Shown here one piece after another: positions 37,247-49,465 of a DNA stretch of 64,000 nt. This DNA comes from Squalus acanthias (lineage: Eukaryota): NCBI GenBank assembly GCA_030390025.1, contig CM059431.1, positions 111,168,001 to 111,232,000 on the forward strand. The letters run 5' to 3'. The first letter of the stretch is position 1. Each line of letters opens with the position of its first letter. The position numbers were made by a program, and so were the translations under genes. The notes beneath the pieces are model-generated. The model saw only the letters and a program-made list of their open reading frames with translations. It had not been told where the DNA came from and did not search any database.

Positions 37247-37644
37247 AATTAAATAAATCTGTTGGACTATAACCTGGTGTTGTGCGACTTCTGGTTTATA
37301 GTAGGTATTGGTACAAAACTGTGACCTGACATTCATATAGGTTGCTACTAGCAGTTATACTATAGGGAACGGACCAAATAACCATTGACTGCTCCTTTAA
37401 GATGTCTTTCTCCAGCTCTTCTCCCTGTGCTTCTTTCCTGTGCCTGGAGGCAATAAAGCACACAAAAACGAGCATAGGATAAAAGAGGGAAAGTAATTTA
37501 TTCTCCAGTGGGGTAGAAGAAAACCCATCAATGTCATAAATGGCTGACAGCCTCTGTCCAAGGCAGTGGTGTCAATCAGCAAGTGATATACCTGGAGACA
37601 GTATTGAGTCTCCACCTTCAACACAAAATTGCTTTTGCACAGAA

Positions 37645-37814
37645 TCACATGACTTGAAGGATGACATGTCCCTTAAAGTCTGGACAGTAACCACAGACCA
37701 TTGGATGAAATGGGAGGTATGAAATGGGAATGAGTAACAACACTTCTACTCCATCTTCATCGTCATCCTTTGGTGGTATATTGGAGCGAAAATTCATTCT
37801 AATGTCGAATGTAC
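37645..37814 (-). CDS. Candidate last coding exon of an unidentified host gene (xTFDIRMNFRSNIPPKDDDEDGVEVLLLIPISYLPFHPMVCGYCPDFKGHVILQVM*)
   Basis: Good acceptor CCTTCGTCCTCTTTCATTATTGCTTGGTTCAG; only one open phase, 55 codons to TGA; AATAAA downstream at 37497-37502; unique sequence. Confidence 0.55.
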
Positions 37815-38452
37815 CTGAACCAAGCAATAATGAAAGAGGACGAAGGGAAAGTACCCCTCCCCATGTTTGAAAAGCTTCAGACATTTCAGTCTCCGGTATG
37901 GCATGAGAAGCAGCTGATCTATTTCTCCAATCTAATGCTTGCTCGTTAATGGGGGAACAAAATCATATTCAGTTTGGGGTCAGCTGAATGAGCAAAACCA
38001 TCTGGAAAACAACCTTTTACATTAACTGTGTTGTTTCATCATGCCCCAGTACTTGTTCTTTCTCCCTCGTACATATTGACATTTGGACCTTGTTTTAGCA
38101 AAGAAAATCTATTCTTAGGCTAAGTAATAAAATTAGAAAGTTTCATTTTTATCTAGTGTTCTTTTCTTGATTGATATTTGATTATTAGGCATAGGTTTCC
38201 CTCCATTATGAAACGTACCCTGCATTTCCATCTACTTCATGCTGTAGGCATTCAGTTTTTATAACTCATTCGAAGTTATATCGAACCATATAGTCCTGGT
38301 TCCTGGCTGCACAAAAATGCACTGAACATCAATCTGCATTAATTTTGTAAAAAACTTATAGAAATGCAAACACCTATCATGTAAATTGAGCACAGCATGT
38401 ATCTAATTAATTAACCTAACATTTTATCACCCCCAGCTCTTTTTGACACAAA

Positions 38453-38636
38453 GCAGGTGGATTTCCGTGGGGATTCTCCCAGTCATCAGTGAATTCAACA
38501 GAATAGCTGGGCAAATCCCGGAAAATGGCGTACACGGCATTGACAATATTATTGCAGGGTTTCCACAGCTCTTCTGCCAAAGTTATGGGAGACGATCAGG
38601 AGGAAACCGCCCCCCCCCCCACGGGAATTCACCCCC
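38453..38636. mobile_element. Small Harbinger-type MITE (184 bp)
   Basis: Imperfect 19-bp TIR GCAGGTGGATTTCCGTGGG / CCCACGGGAATTCACCCCC; TSD AAA. Confidence 0.65.
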
Positions 38637-38975
38637 AAAGTTTAAATAATATAATGGCTGATTTAGCCGAACAGTGTGGGGAGTGCTGCAATCTTATGAG
38701 ACTTTGCACGAGTGACGCAGCCAGCTTACCTGACTGGATTCAGCAGGGTCAGTTAATGAATATCATTAGAATAGGCTCTGCGGATGTTTTCCACAAGCAG
38801 AGAGAGCGCCCTTATTGGCAAGGTATTTGAATAGTGGCAGCTATTAAACTACTTCAAGCAGACTGGTTTCTTGGACTGCAGCAAATCTGCTATGTCAGCA
38901 ATGGAACATACCCAAGGGAATATGGCCAGAGCTTTCCTCTTTAGTGAAGAAAGCTTGGATATTTTCCTAGATGTG

Positions 38976-39523
38976 TGGCAGCTGTGGTTCAGTTGGTAGC
39001 ACACTTGCCTCTGAGTCAGAAGGTTGTGGGTTCAACAGATTAGCTGGTCATTATCACATTACTGTTTACGGGAGCTTGCTGTGCGCAAATTGGTTGCTGT
39101 GTTTTCTGCATTGCAAAAGTGACTTCACTTAATCACATAAATCTTTGCTGACACTCCAGTGCAGTACTGAGTGGGTGCTGTGCTGTCAGAGGTGCCGTCT
39201 TTTGGATGGGACATTAAACCGAGGCCCTGTCTGCTCTCTCAGGTGGACATAAAAGATCCCACGGCACTTTTTTTGAAGAAGAGCAGGGGAACTATCCCTG
39301 GTGTCCTGGCCAATATTTTACCCTCAATCAATATCACTAAAAACAGATTATATGGTACTTATCACACTGCTGCTTGTGAGAGCTTGTTGTGTGCAAATTG
39401 GTTGCCGTGTTTTCTACATTACAACAGTGACTACACTTCAAAAAGTACTTCATTGGCTGTAAAGTGCTTTGGAACGGCCTGAGGTCATGAAAGGCGCTAT
39501 ATAAATGCAAGTTCTTTCTTTTA
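38976..39523 (+). mobile_element. DeuSINE with an internal duplicated/inserted 3' segment (~39035-39130)
   Basis: Head, extra copy of the ACAGATTA...GTGACT segment, then Deu core and tail. Confidence 0.82.
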
Positions 39524-40620
39524 GATGAGCTATGGCAGAGGAGGGTAGCCATATTTGGAGCTGAGGGAAATCTTCTTGTGTGCCACCATGTGCAACAAGC
39601 ATGGCAGAAGATGGCAGATCAGGTCAACAATATGTTCCATGTCTGTACATTGTCCAAGCAGATGAAAGAAAGGGTCCCTGGTCTGAGGAAGAGTACTAAG
39701 TCTATGGCCACGATGTAACTGTACCTGTGGTGGAACTTGTTTGGAGGACATGCTCGAGGGGAAGGCCTAACTAGGGGCTAGCTTACTTTGTAAAATGGAA
39801 AGGCCAAGCCAGGTCTCTTCGGACACACCAAGGTGTCTAGGTCCAAGCACTCAGCTCCTGAGAGATGGGAAAGCAGGTGCCAAATACTCCAGCTGCACTT
39901 GTTTCTCTTTCCTCCACAGGAACTCCGCTACCTTCTCAAAATCTAGGTCTGCCACAAAAATGCCCAAAAGAATACTTAAACTAAACAATTTGCTTGTTGC
40001 AAGTGAAGTAGCATCTGTCAGCAAGACTGTTGCGGGGAAAAAATGGGGAAACAGTCTTGTAATGCAAAAAAAATGCTAATAGCAGAAAACAAGAACATAA
40101 TGGACTCGATTTTGCCAGGCCCGAGGAGGCAGGAATGGAGGCGTGTGAGTTGTAAAAATCGCTAAAAATGGCGGGCAGCTCCGATCCCGCCTCCGAGCAA
40201 TTTTCCCACATTCGTGGTTTCAGACCCCGTTTCCATCCCACCTCCAAGAGGCGGGATGGGCCCTTAAGGCCCTTAACTACCAGTTAATAGCCTCTATAAT
40301 CTCATTTTGAGAGACCTTTCTGAATTTAAGACATTTCCCCCGTGCTGCACACCTCCTCTGGAACACGGCAGTTAATCCTGGCGGCCTCACAAGTGGATGG
40401 CTTACTAACAGCTGCAGCTCCACCATTAAAAAGGACTTTTCACCGATGATCATTTGCAGGTGGCAGAACTTTGTTGTCTCAGGTCTGGGGGAACTTTTAG
40501 CAGGCCTACTCATTGTTTTGGAAGTTTAGAGCCTGACACCCATCTCCACTGTGACCTCCTGGGAAACCCCTCTCCCCACATTGACTGAGCGCTTCCTCAA
40601 CTGAGGTATATACCAGAAGC

Positions 40621-41843
40621 ATGGGAACCATTTATTTCCTTTCCTCCTGGACATCAGATTCGGATGAAGACCAGCCGCGGCAGCAGCAGAACCCTGAACA
40701 ACAGCAGCACCAACAGCAGGAGCAACAACAGGAGCTCCAAGTTGCTGCTCACCCACCTGAAGCTGCACAGGCCAGAAGGCACCAGCGCAAGGAAGCACGT
40801 CGGCGCAGGAGATACCCCCAAAACAGGGTCTACAGACAGAGGATCAGCTACCTCAACATGACTGAGCAGCAGTGCCAAAGGAGGCTCAGACTTTCGCGAG
40901 AGGTAGTCGCTGACATCTGCGCAATGATGCAGCAAGACCTGGAGCCCAGGGGATCCGGTGGACACCCCTTACCAGTGGCCGTTAAAGTCACCACCGCACT
41001 CAACTTTTTTGCTTCAGGCTCATTCCAGGGATCAGCAGCAGACATCAGCGGCGTCTCCCAGGCGGCCACACACACTTGCATCATGCAGGTAACCGATGCC
41101 CTCTTTGCCATCGCGCACAATTACATCAACTTCTCCAAGGATCAAGCAAGTGTAACCGCGCATGTGGTTGGGTTTGCCAATCTGGCAGGCTTTCCAAGGG
41201 TGCAGGGCATCGTTGACTGCACACATGTGGCCCTTAAGGTATTTTTGTCAACCGCAAGGGCTTCCACTCCCTCGACGTACAGCTGGTGTGTGACCACAAT
41301 AAGGAAATTTTGCATGTTTGCGCCAAGTACCCTGGCAGTTGCCATGACTCCTTCATCCTGCGCCAGTCTAGTGTGCCTCCGCTCTTCAGTCTGCCAGACC
41401 AACTTTTCGGATGGCTACTTGGAGACAAAGGCTATCCCCTGAAGACGTGGCTAATGATGCCGTTGAGGAGCCCTTCCAATGACACTGAGGAGCGCTACAA
41501 CTCCAGCCACATTTCCACCAGATCCATAATCAAGCAAACCATCGGCTTGCTGAAGATGCGATTCAGATGTGTTGATAGATAAGGTGGAGCCCTACAGTAC
41601 TCAGCAGCCAGGGTCTCCAGAATCATCGTGGTCTGCTGTGCACTGCACAACATGGTACAGCATCGTGGCTTGCAGCTGTCTAAGGTACAAGTGGCTGATA
41701 GCATAGCCTCCTCAGATGAGGAGGAGGAGGAGGACACTGACAACGAAAAGGTTGCGGAGGCGCATCAACCAGCGGCACCAGCACGCGAGCACATTGCTGC
41801 CCGGGATGCAAGGGACGCACTCATCTTGGCCAGATTTGCTTAG
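40621..41843 (+). pseudogene. Harbinger transposase pseudogene
   Basis: 19-bp deletion near 41239 relative to copy 1 (frameshift) and TAA at 41580-41582. Confidence 0.92.
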
Positions 41844-42101
41844 ACTGCACAATCAAACACGTTTGCATCGCACCTTCTTACCAGAGCATCGACAATGGAC
41901 AAGAACCTGCGGATTCCTATCACTCTGACCTCCATACTGACAATTGCAAGTCGCCCTAAGGCCTCAATGTGGAAGTCCGATTTACGAAATGACACAGGCT
42001 ACAATTTCAACAGTTTGCTATCAAATTTGTTTATCATCACAATTCACAGATGGCTTTTCAAAAATCAACACAACAGAACACCCAAGTGACTACCCTTGTG
42101 A

Positions 42102-44080
42102 CTACTTGTGCTTTATCTTCCTCTTATGCGTGCTCCTACGTGGTGCTTCCCCTGTGACTTCAGCAGATGTGGAGGCCCCTTGATCACTTTCTTGCTGCTC
42201 CTGTCTCGACACCTTTGGCGGGCGTCCTCTGGGGTTGCGAGCCTGTGAGGGCTCGGCAACAGTCTGCTGCTCCTGCGGCTGTGCAGGGGCTGAGACGACC
42301 ATCTCAGTTGGGTGAGGACTCTGGTGGGGCTCTGACCGAGGGCTTTGCAGTGGCATGGTCGTGTGAGTGCTTGGAGAGGAACCCCCACTTCCTTGTTGTC
42401 TGCCACCAACATCCCTCTCATGGGTCAGCCCCACTTCAGAACTAGCTTGACAGCACCTTGCTGCACTTCAGGGGAGCCATGAGGACCCGTTTCTGCACTG
42501 GAAGTCCTACTCCAGAGGACTTCCATGAAGGTCTGGTTTCTATGCTCAATAGCTGATCATCGCTCCTCAAGAGATGTCAGTCTATTCTGAACAATGACCA
42601 TGTTTTCAATACCCTGGCGACTAAGCTCCTCCATGGCCGTAGCCATCCTCTCCTCTACCGTAGCCATCCTCTCCTCTACAGTAGCCAGCCTTACCACGGA
42701 GGTAGCCATCCTTTCCACGGAGGTTGCCATCCTTTCCATGGTGATGCGTTCATGCGCCAATGCCGCCACAAAGGCTCTGCTCATGTTCACGATGGACTCC
42801 TCCATTCGCTCCACACTAGCAGCGACCCTGGAGACAAAACCTGCCAGAGACTCCTGCACCTGTTCCTTCTGGATGGACCCGGAGGCACAGGGTCGACATG
42901 CAGCTGAGCCGAGCTGGGAGAGTCCTGCGCCCTCCGACAAGGACTCTCCACTGCTGTCCCTGTCTCCACCATCTGCTAATGCACACGTGTGATCTGTGAT
43001 ACACCAGGTGACAACACTACTCTATCTCGCGAAGGTCCCACCGAGGTGTGATTGTCTGCGCTGGTGCTGGGTGCGCTGAATTCTGCTGACGCTGCGCCCT
43101 CAGAGGTTGCAGCTTCATCTGAGGAGTCTTCAGGCTCAGGCTGCTCCTCCTGGACAGTGAGGACGGGGGCTCTTGATGGTCCTGTGGGGGAGTAAGGGAA
43201 AGTGTTAGAGATGTGAGATAAAGGTTGCATGCACCTTGAATTGTGCAGATGATCATAACTCAATCTGTTAGAGCATCAGAATCATTATCAGTCACTCATG
43301 CAATGTCAATGAGAGAGATGCAAAACTATTCTGTCACCAGCTTGCTGTGATGCGCCCGTCTGTCCGTCCCTCACTTGCGCATCGTCCTCCACTCCCACGA
43401 TCTCCAGGGCCGCCTCCTCTGCATTGGTGAGCTGGGCTATTGAGGGTGGCCCTCCTCCTGTCCTCACCCTTTCCCTCTTATTGTGGGCTCTCTTTTCCTG
43501 CAATGAGGGACACAAGTGGAATTTGAGTAAGAATGAAGGAGTGAGTGTAGAGAATCCATAGCATAAATGCTTAGAAGGAGACAAAGATGGAGTGAGGTGC
43601 CAAGACCAAGGTCCCTCCCTGTGTGTTGTAAGTTGTTGGCATTGCATCACAGTGATAGGGAGTGTGAGGGCTGCATAGCCGAATAGTTCAGTGAATGTGA
43701 ACATAGAGAGAGAGGGAATGGGTAAGGGTGCAGGGATGTAAGGGCGAAGTGGGATGTGCAGGAGGAGCTTGACAAAGCAGAGTGCTGGTGATGAGAGGCA
43801 ATGGGGATCAGATTGAGGGTGATGGGAATGTAATACTCACTTTTCCTGTGCGGAGAAGGTCATGAAACCTCTTTCTGCACTGCAGCCAGGTTCTGCTGCA
43901 CATAGAAATAGCATTGACCTCCTGTGCCACTTGCAGCCACACAGCTTTAGTCTGTTGTGGAAGCTTTTTCCTGCCTGAGGAAGGAAAGATCACCTCCTTA
44001 TTTGCTCTTGCTCCCTCCACCAGAGCTTGGAGGGAGGCCTCATCGAATCTGGGTTCACACTTTGGTCTAGTGCTGGACAT
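42102..44080 (-). pseudogene. Harbinger Myb/SANT gene, three exons (44080-43841, 43497-43338, 43181-42102), inactivated in exon 3
   Basis: Canonical GTGAGT and CAG splice sites; stops at 42976 and 42557 and small deletions. Confidence 0.88.
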
Positions 44081-45943
44081 ACTTGCAGAAGGAATCACTC
44101 AGAACAATGGTCACAAAGTTGTAAGGCTGAAAAGAAGCAAGGCTGATTGCAGGCCTTAAATCCAGCAGCATTGATGACATCATCGGAGGCAAGTTTCTGT
44201 ATGAAAAGGCTCATTGGGCCAGGGGTTCCCACACGCTGGAAATCAAGTGCCCAATTACAGCAAAATCGCACTTTTGTCCCACTTTACATTGGAGTCGGGA
44301 TCCTGACACGACGACCTCCTGACACGCCCCCAGCCCGCCCCCAGGACAAAATCCAGCCCAATGAGTCAATGCAGATATAGCTATCCTAAAAGGGGAAATA
44401 AAAGACTAAACTTTAGATGCCATGGTAAAACATAGCTTTATAAAGGAAACTTCCAATGACCAGAGCCGTGACTCTCAGCAGTCTATTTTATATGTATAAA
44501 CAGTGATAATATAATAAATGTGGAAAAAAAACAGAGAATTCAGCATGGGAGCAATTTTCACAGGGTCGATGCATGGCCTCCAAAAATACGGAACCATTTC
44601 CTGTTGCTAGATTTGGATTTCACAAATCAGGCTTTCAGGCCTACTTGCCCAAAGCAGCAAAGCACGGTCCCAGAATGCACGCATGCATTCAAAGCATGCA
44701 CCATTACTGATTCGGCCGCGTAGTCCTCAAGTGTGTGGCCTGATAACACAACACTGACTTCTTCACAACAATGAAAGCACAAGTTCCAGTTCTGGCATTG
44801 GGTGTATTCAAACCCACTGGTCAAAATATGGGTTGAATTTAATAACACCTGCCAGACAGGGGTTGTGACAGATCAGAAATATGTCGTGTTTCAGATCACG
44901 AAGGACAGCATTTTATGGTATTTTGGTACTTGGCCAGCTGGTGACCTCTTTAATTTGTTTACTGCTGGCTAGCAACAGATGGTCTGGGTGAATATACTAT
45001 GTCGCATGTGCTAATGTCACTTCAAAGGGCTGGATAAGTCACATTTGTATAGGTAGACGACTTAATGAATGTTAATTGCCAAATCCATATTGGTGACAGA
45101 AACACTTAATGAGTTAGTTGGCTGTGAAAAAGAGACAGAGCTAAGTGTTTGTCCCATCAGGAGATCCTACTAGGAAGTGCTCTTGCAGCTTGTCCTTGTC
45201 CGAGAAAGGGTAGATGTCTGGAAACAGATTTCTGGGTAACCAGCCTGATACTATTGAATCCAACTGTGAGTGACAGTTCTATTCAATGGTGAAAGATACC
45301 TTTTTTAATATCTCTTTGTCTCAGTTTGAATTTCAAAGCAAAGATTTGGTATAACTATTAAGGCTTTTTAATGAGTTTCTGCCTCACCAGGCTGTTAACA
45401 AGTGAGGGTTAGCAGAGACACTGCATGAATATTCAATATCTTGTATAAACGTCACATTACTGAATCTGATTTTAATTAGGTGTCATTATGGAGAACCTCA
45501 AGGACGTTGAAACTATTATTTTAGGAATAGGAACTGTAAGTTTAAGTAAAATTTGGCTGCCTTGTGATATCTGTGATATTTGCTCTTGCTTTTGCTAAAT
45601 TCAATTGTTAATAAATTTGATTTATAGTTTATAGTCAGAGATGGATGGGCTGCCAGGATGTTACTTGTTCATCTATCAACGAGATCCAAGAATATGAGGC
45701 GTCTCATACTATATACCGTGTACTTATCAGCAGCCTTATGAATGTACGAAAATGACGGGCAGAAAAAGACCAGCTGGTCCATCAAGCCTGCCCCACAGCA
45801 CGTGGCTAAACAGTCCTTCCCCCTCCCTCCTTCCCTCCCCGCCACCACCAGCCAACCCCCAGCCCCCTTCTGCCCCGCCACCTCACACCCACCTGCAGCC
45901 ATGTACACTCCTGGGAGAGGGCAAAAAACCCAGAAAAGACCTA

Positions 45944-46682
45944 GGGCTGGATTTTGTCAACGGGAAGCTTTTGGAGGCGGGACTGCTGCTTGCCGGCTTT
46001 CAATCCCGCCTCCATCAGCTTCTGGCCAACCAGCGGGATTTTCCCCTGATGGACCTTGTTAAGCCCGCCCAGCGGGCTCAGCAGGCCAATTAGGAGGAAG
46101 TCACTGACAGAGCACGTCAACGTATGACGTGCCATCTGTCAAGATATTTTGAAAGAAGAAATGTCAGCGTTTGACAGCTCTGTGAAGCTGTCAAACACTG
46201 AGGGCTGGATTTTCAATGCCCCGTGGAGTCGGGTTTGGAGGCGTGTGGGGGGTTAAAGTTGCGGGCTCGGGGGTCCCGACCCAATCCCGACTCCAACACG
46301 CCTCCACGCAATTTTGGCAAAATCGGTCGTGGGATTCCCGACTCCGTCCCGCCTCCAAGAGGCGGGAGAGGCCATTAAAGCCCTTAACAAGCCCTAAATT
46401 GGCTCTGTAATGCCATTTTGAAATGTTTTAGCTAGTTTAACCCTTTTCCGACATGAAGTACGCCTGATGTGAAACACTCCAATGAAACCTGGCGGGAGCA
46501 CAAGTGGATAGCTGACTATCAGCTGCAGGTCCACTATTACAATGGAGATGTGATGAAGGTAGTAGTAGTATTGTGATGAAGGTAGTAGTAGTATTAGGTC
46601 TGAAAGTCGCCTCTGATGCTGCTGCATTGAATGTCTTCAGAGATTGCCTGGCCTTGCTGTGAGAGGACCTGGATGGAAAAAT

Positions 46683-46724
<42 letters not shown>

Positions 46725-47607
46725 TGCTCATTTTGCATCCAGGTCCACTCACAGCAAAAGTCAGGCAGGTCCACTCACAGCAAAGGCCAAGCAGTTTCTG
46801 AGACCAGGCACTCAGTCTCTGACCTGCAATGATGACATCATCAGAGGCGACTTTCAGGCTGAAACTACTAATTGGTTCATGGGTTCCCACATGCTGGAAC
46901 TCAATTGCCCAATTAAGTTAAAATTGCATCATTCATCCACATTACTCTGGAGTCGGGGGGGGGAACATGAAATGCGGGTAACACGACCCCAACCCGACCC
47001 CAAGACAAAATCCAGCCCTGACATTCTGTGTAGTTTGATGAGTCCTTGTGTTCAGGACTCATCAAACCTTTCAACTTTGCAGAAATCACCTGGCTGTTGG
47101 TTCGGAGGATCCAACAGCCAGTCTGTGATATCTACAATGGAGATGTCGGGACTCCGGCTCCACAGCGGCTGAAGGCTGTAGGCAGAAACAAAGGTAAGTG
47201 AACATTTTCTATCACTTTACACTCACCTTACATACTTACCGCTCCACACTTGCACCTATCACTCACCTCTACATTGCACTTTCAGACCCCTCCGACCCCC
47301 GCAGACCTCCTACTCGTCTCCTACACCCTGGCGGGGTTCCCCGAGGTCGGGAAGCCTGCACTTCGAATGGAAAAATGGGGCTGATCCTATTTTCTGTCTG
47401 TTAACTACCTGTTAACAGGCAGTTAATAGGCTTTAATCCCTTTCCCGCCTCGAGGAGATGGGACCCGGGCAGGACGGCTTCCCGCCTCCTGACAAGAGGG
47501 CACGGAGGTGGGTTGGGGGCGGGTTTGCCAGCCGCCCCCAAATCCTGCAACTTTACCGGCAGTCCCACCTCCATACCCGCCTCCTCGGGGCTGACAAAAT
47601 CCAGCCC
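45944..47607 (+). mobile_element. Harbinger MITE (hairpin family) with a nested MITE
   Basis: TIR GGGCTGGATTTTGTCA / TGACAAAATCCAGCCC; TSD CTA. Confidence 0.9.
46202..47018 (+). mobile_element. Harbinger MITE with copy-1-like ends (817 bp)
   Basis: Perfect 12-bp TIR; TSD TGA; both ends collinear with the ends of 10157-14391; (CT)n at ~46688-46720. Confidence 0.92.
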
Positions 47608-49465
47608 CTAGGGTCAATAAGGAACAAAATACCCTGTAAAATTCCCCTCCAACCCCCTCAGGTGATCGAAAGCAGTCCAGGAGATCACATGGACCAAGTG
47701 TTACCTATAAAGACACTTACCTTCTATATGATGTGATCTCTGCTCCAGTCAGGAACTAGTCCAGCTCCCAATTGAAGGTGTGCAGAGAGTCAGCACCCAG
47801 TACACCAGCTGGCAATGTACTCCAGAGGCTCACACTTCTCTGGGAAGACAAGAACCACCTAACATCCAATATATTCCTACTCTTACATAAGTTTAAGTCT
47901 ATATCCTCTGGTCCTCCTCAATCTGTTGAACTAGAATAATCTATCAACAAGGACTCTATCCAGCCCTTTAATTATTTTATAGACCTCTATCAGGTCACCT
48001 CTAGGTCTACACTGCTCCAACGTAAATAGACCGAGGTCCTTGAGCCTCTGAGTAGCTGAGATTCTTTAAGCTAGGAATCATTCTTGTAGTCCTCCTCTGG
48101 ACCTTTTCCAAGGCCACTATATAACCGACCATATGAGGCGAGGGAAACCAAAACTGGGCACAGTACTCTAGATGTGGTCTGACCAGCGACCTGTACAGTG
48201 TCAAAATGCTGTCCTTTGTTCATACTGAATGGTTCTATTAATATAACCCAATACACTGTTAGCTTTAGCTACAGTTTCTCTACATTGGTCATGAATCTTC
48301 AGTGATCTGTGCACAATAGCACCAAGATCTGTTTCTCTCTCGACCTCTTTTAGTATTGTTCCCTGCAAATGATACGGCCAACATGCATGACACTACATTT
48401 ACCTAAATTAAAAGCCATTTGCCAATGTGTGGCCCACTCCCCTAGCACATCTAAATCTTTTTGGATTTGATTGCGCTCCTCTGCCGTCTCAACCCTTGCA
48501 CAGATTTTGGTGTCAGCTGCTAATTTACTTATCATATTCCCAACACCACTGTCGAGGTCATTAATAAAGACCGTGAAGGGTAGCGGGCCTAGGACTGAGC
48601 CCTGGGGGACACCACTAGCAACATGTCTCCAAGCTGAACCACATCCGTTAACTACAACATTTTGGCTGCGGGAATGGAGCCAATTCCTAATCCAGCGTTT
48701 GAAATTTCGATTCATACCACAAGATTCCGACTTGTGAAGTAACCTAGGGTGAGGTACCTTACCAAAGGCTTTCTGAAAGTCCAGTTAGACAATGTCTACC
48801 GGATTTCCCTCATCCACTACCTTAGTGACTTCCTCAAAAAAACTCTATCAAATTTGTTAGGCATGACCTGTGTTTTCCGAAGCCATGCTGTGAATTTCTA
48901 ATGGCTCCTTCCCTTTCCCAGTGATCATAAAGAGCATCTCTTATGATCCCTTCTAGCATCTTCCCAATAATGGATGTCTGGCTGATAGGCCTATAGTTCC
49001 CTGGCGCTGATTTTTCCCCTTTTTTGAAAATAGGAACTACATGAGCTAGCTTCCAGTCTAAGGGAACTCTCCCTGACTCTATTGAAGTATTGAAGATACG
49101 GGCAAGGGGCTCACAGAGCATCTGTCCCATCCCCTTAATCACCCTTGGATGGATATTAACCAGACCTGGAGCGCTATCAATTTTGAGCTTTCCTAATCTA
49201 TCCAAGATGACATTACTATCTATTTTAATATTAATGATGCTATTCAATACTGAGCACCCCTCATCTGGAACAGAAGCATCATGTACAAGAGTACAGACTG
49301 ATGCGAAATAGTCATTCAGCAGCACTGCCAGAAGCTGAGAATCAGTTTGAATCTGCTCTACAGTATCCGTTAGTGGCCCTATACGATCCTTTATGGTCTT
49401 TTGACTTCTGGCATAGCTAAAAAAGCTTTTGCTATTACTGCCCCAATTATACACCATCTTCTTTA

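Larger units (their letters stand above)
36217..37291 (-). mobile_element. 5'-truncated Penelope-like retroelement with ~270-bp inverted pseudo-LTR
   Basis: GIY-YIG C-terminus; inverted repeats ~36261-36531 and 37022-37291; 12-bp TSD TGGTTTATAGTA at 36205-36216 and 37292-37303. Confidence 0.93.
40102..44359 (+). mobile_element. PIF/Harbinger transposon, copy 3 (4258 bp), both genes inactivated
   Basis: TIR GGACTCGATTTT / AAAATCCAGCCC; TSD AAT. Confidence 0.95.

Noticed and set aside
37500..37650. SECIS or iron-responsive element after the TGA of the candidate exon
   Set aside because: TGA/AA motifs lack correct helix spacing and pairing; the TGGAGAC/GTCTCCA hairpin has no canonical CAGUGN loop.
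40778..41782. The ~1-kb deletion as a spliced-out intron (processed copy)
   Set aside because: No GT-AG or GC-AG ends in any register across the repeat, and copy 2 retains its Myb introns.
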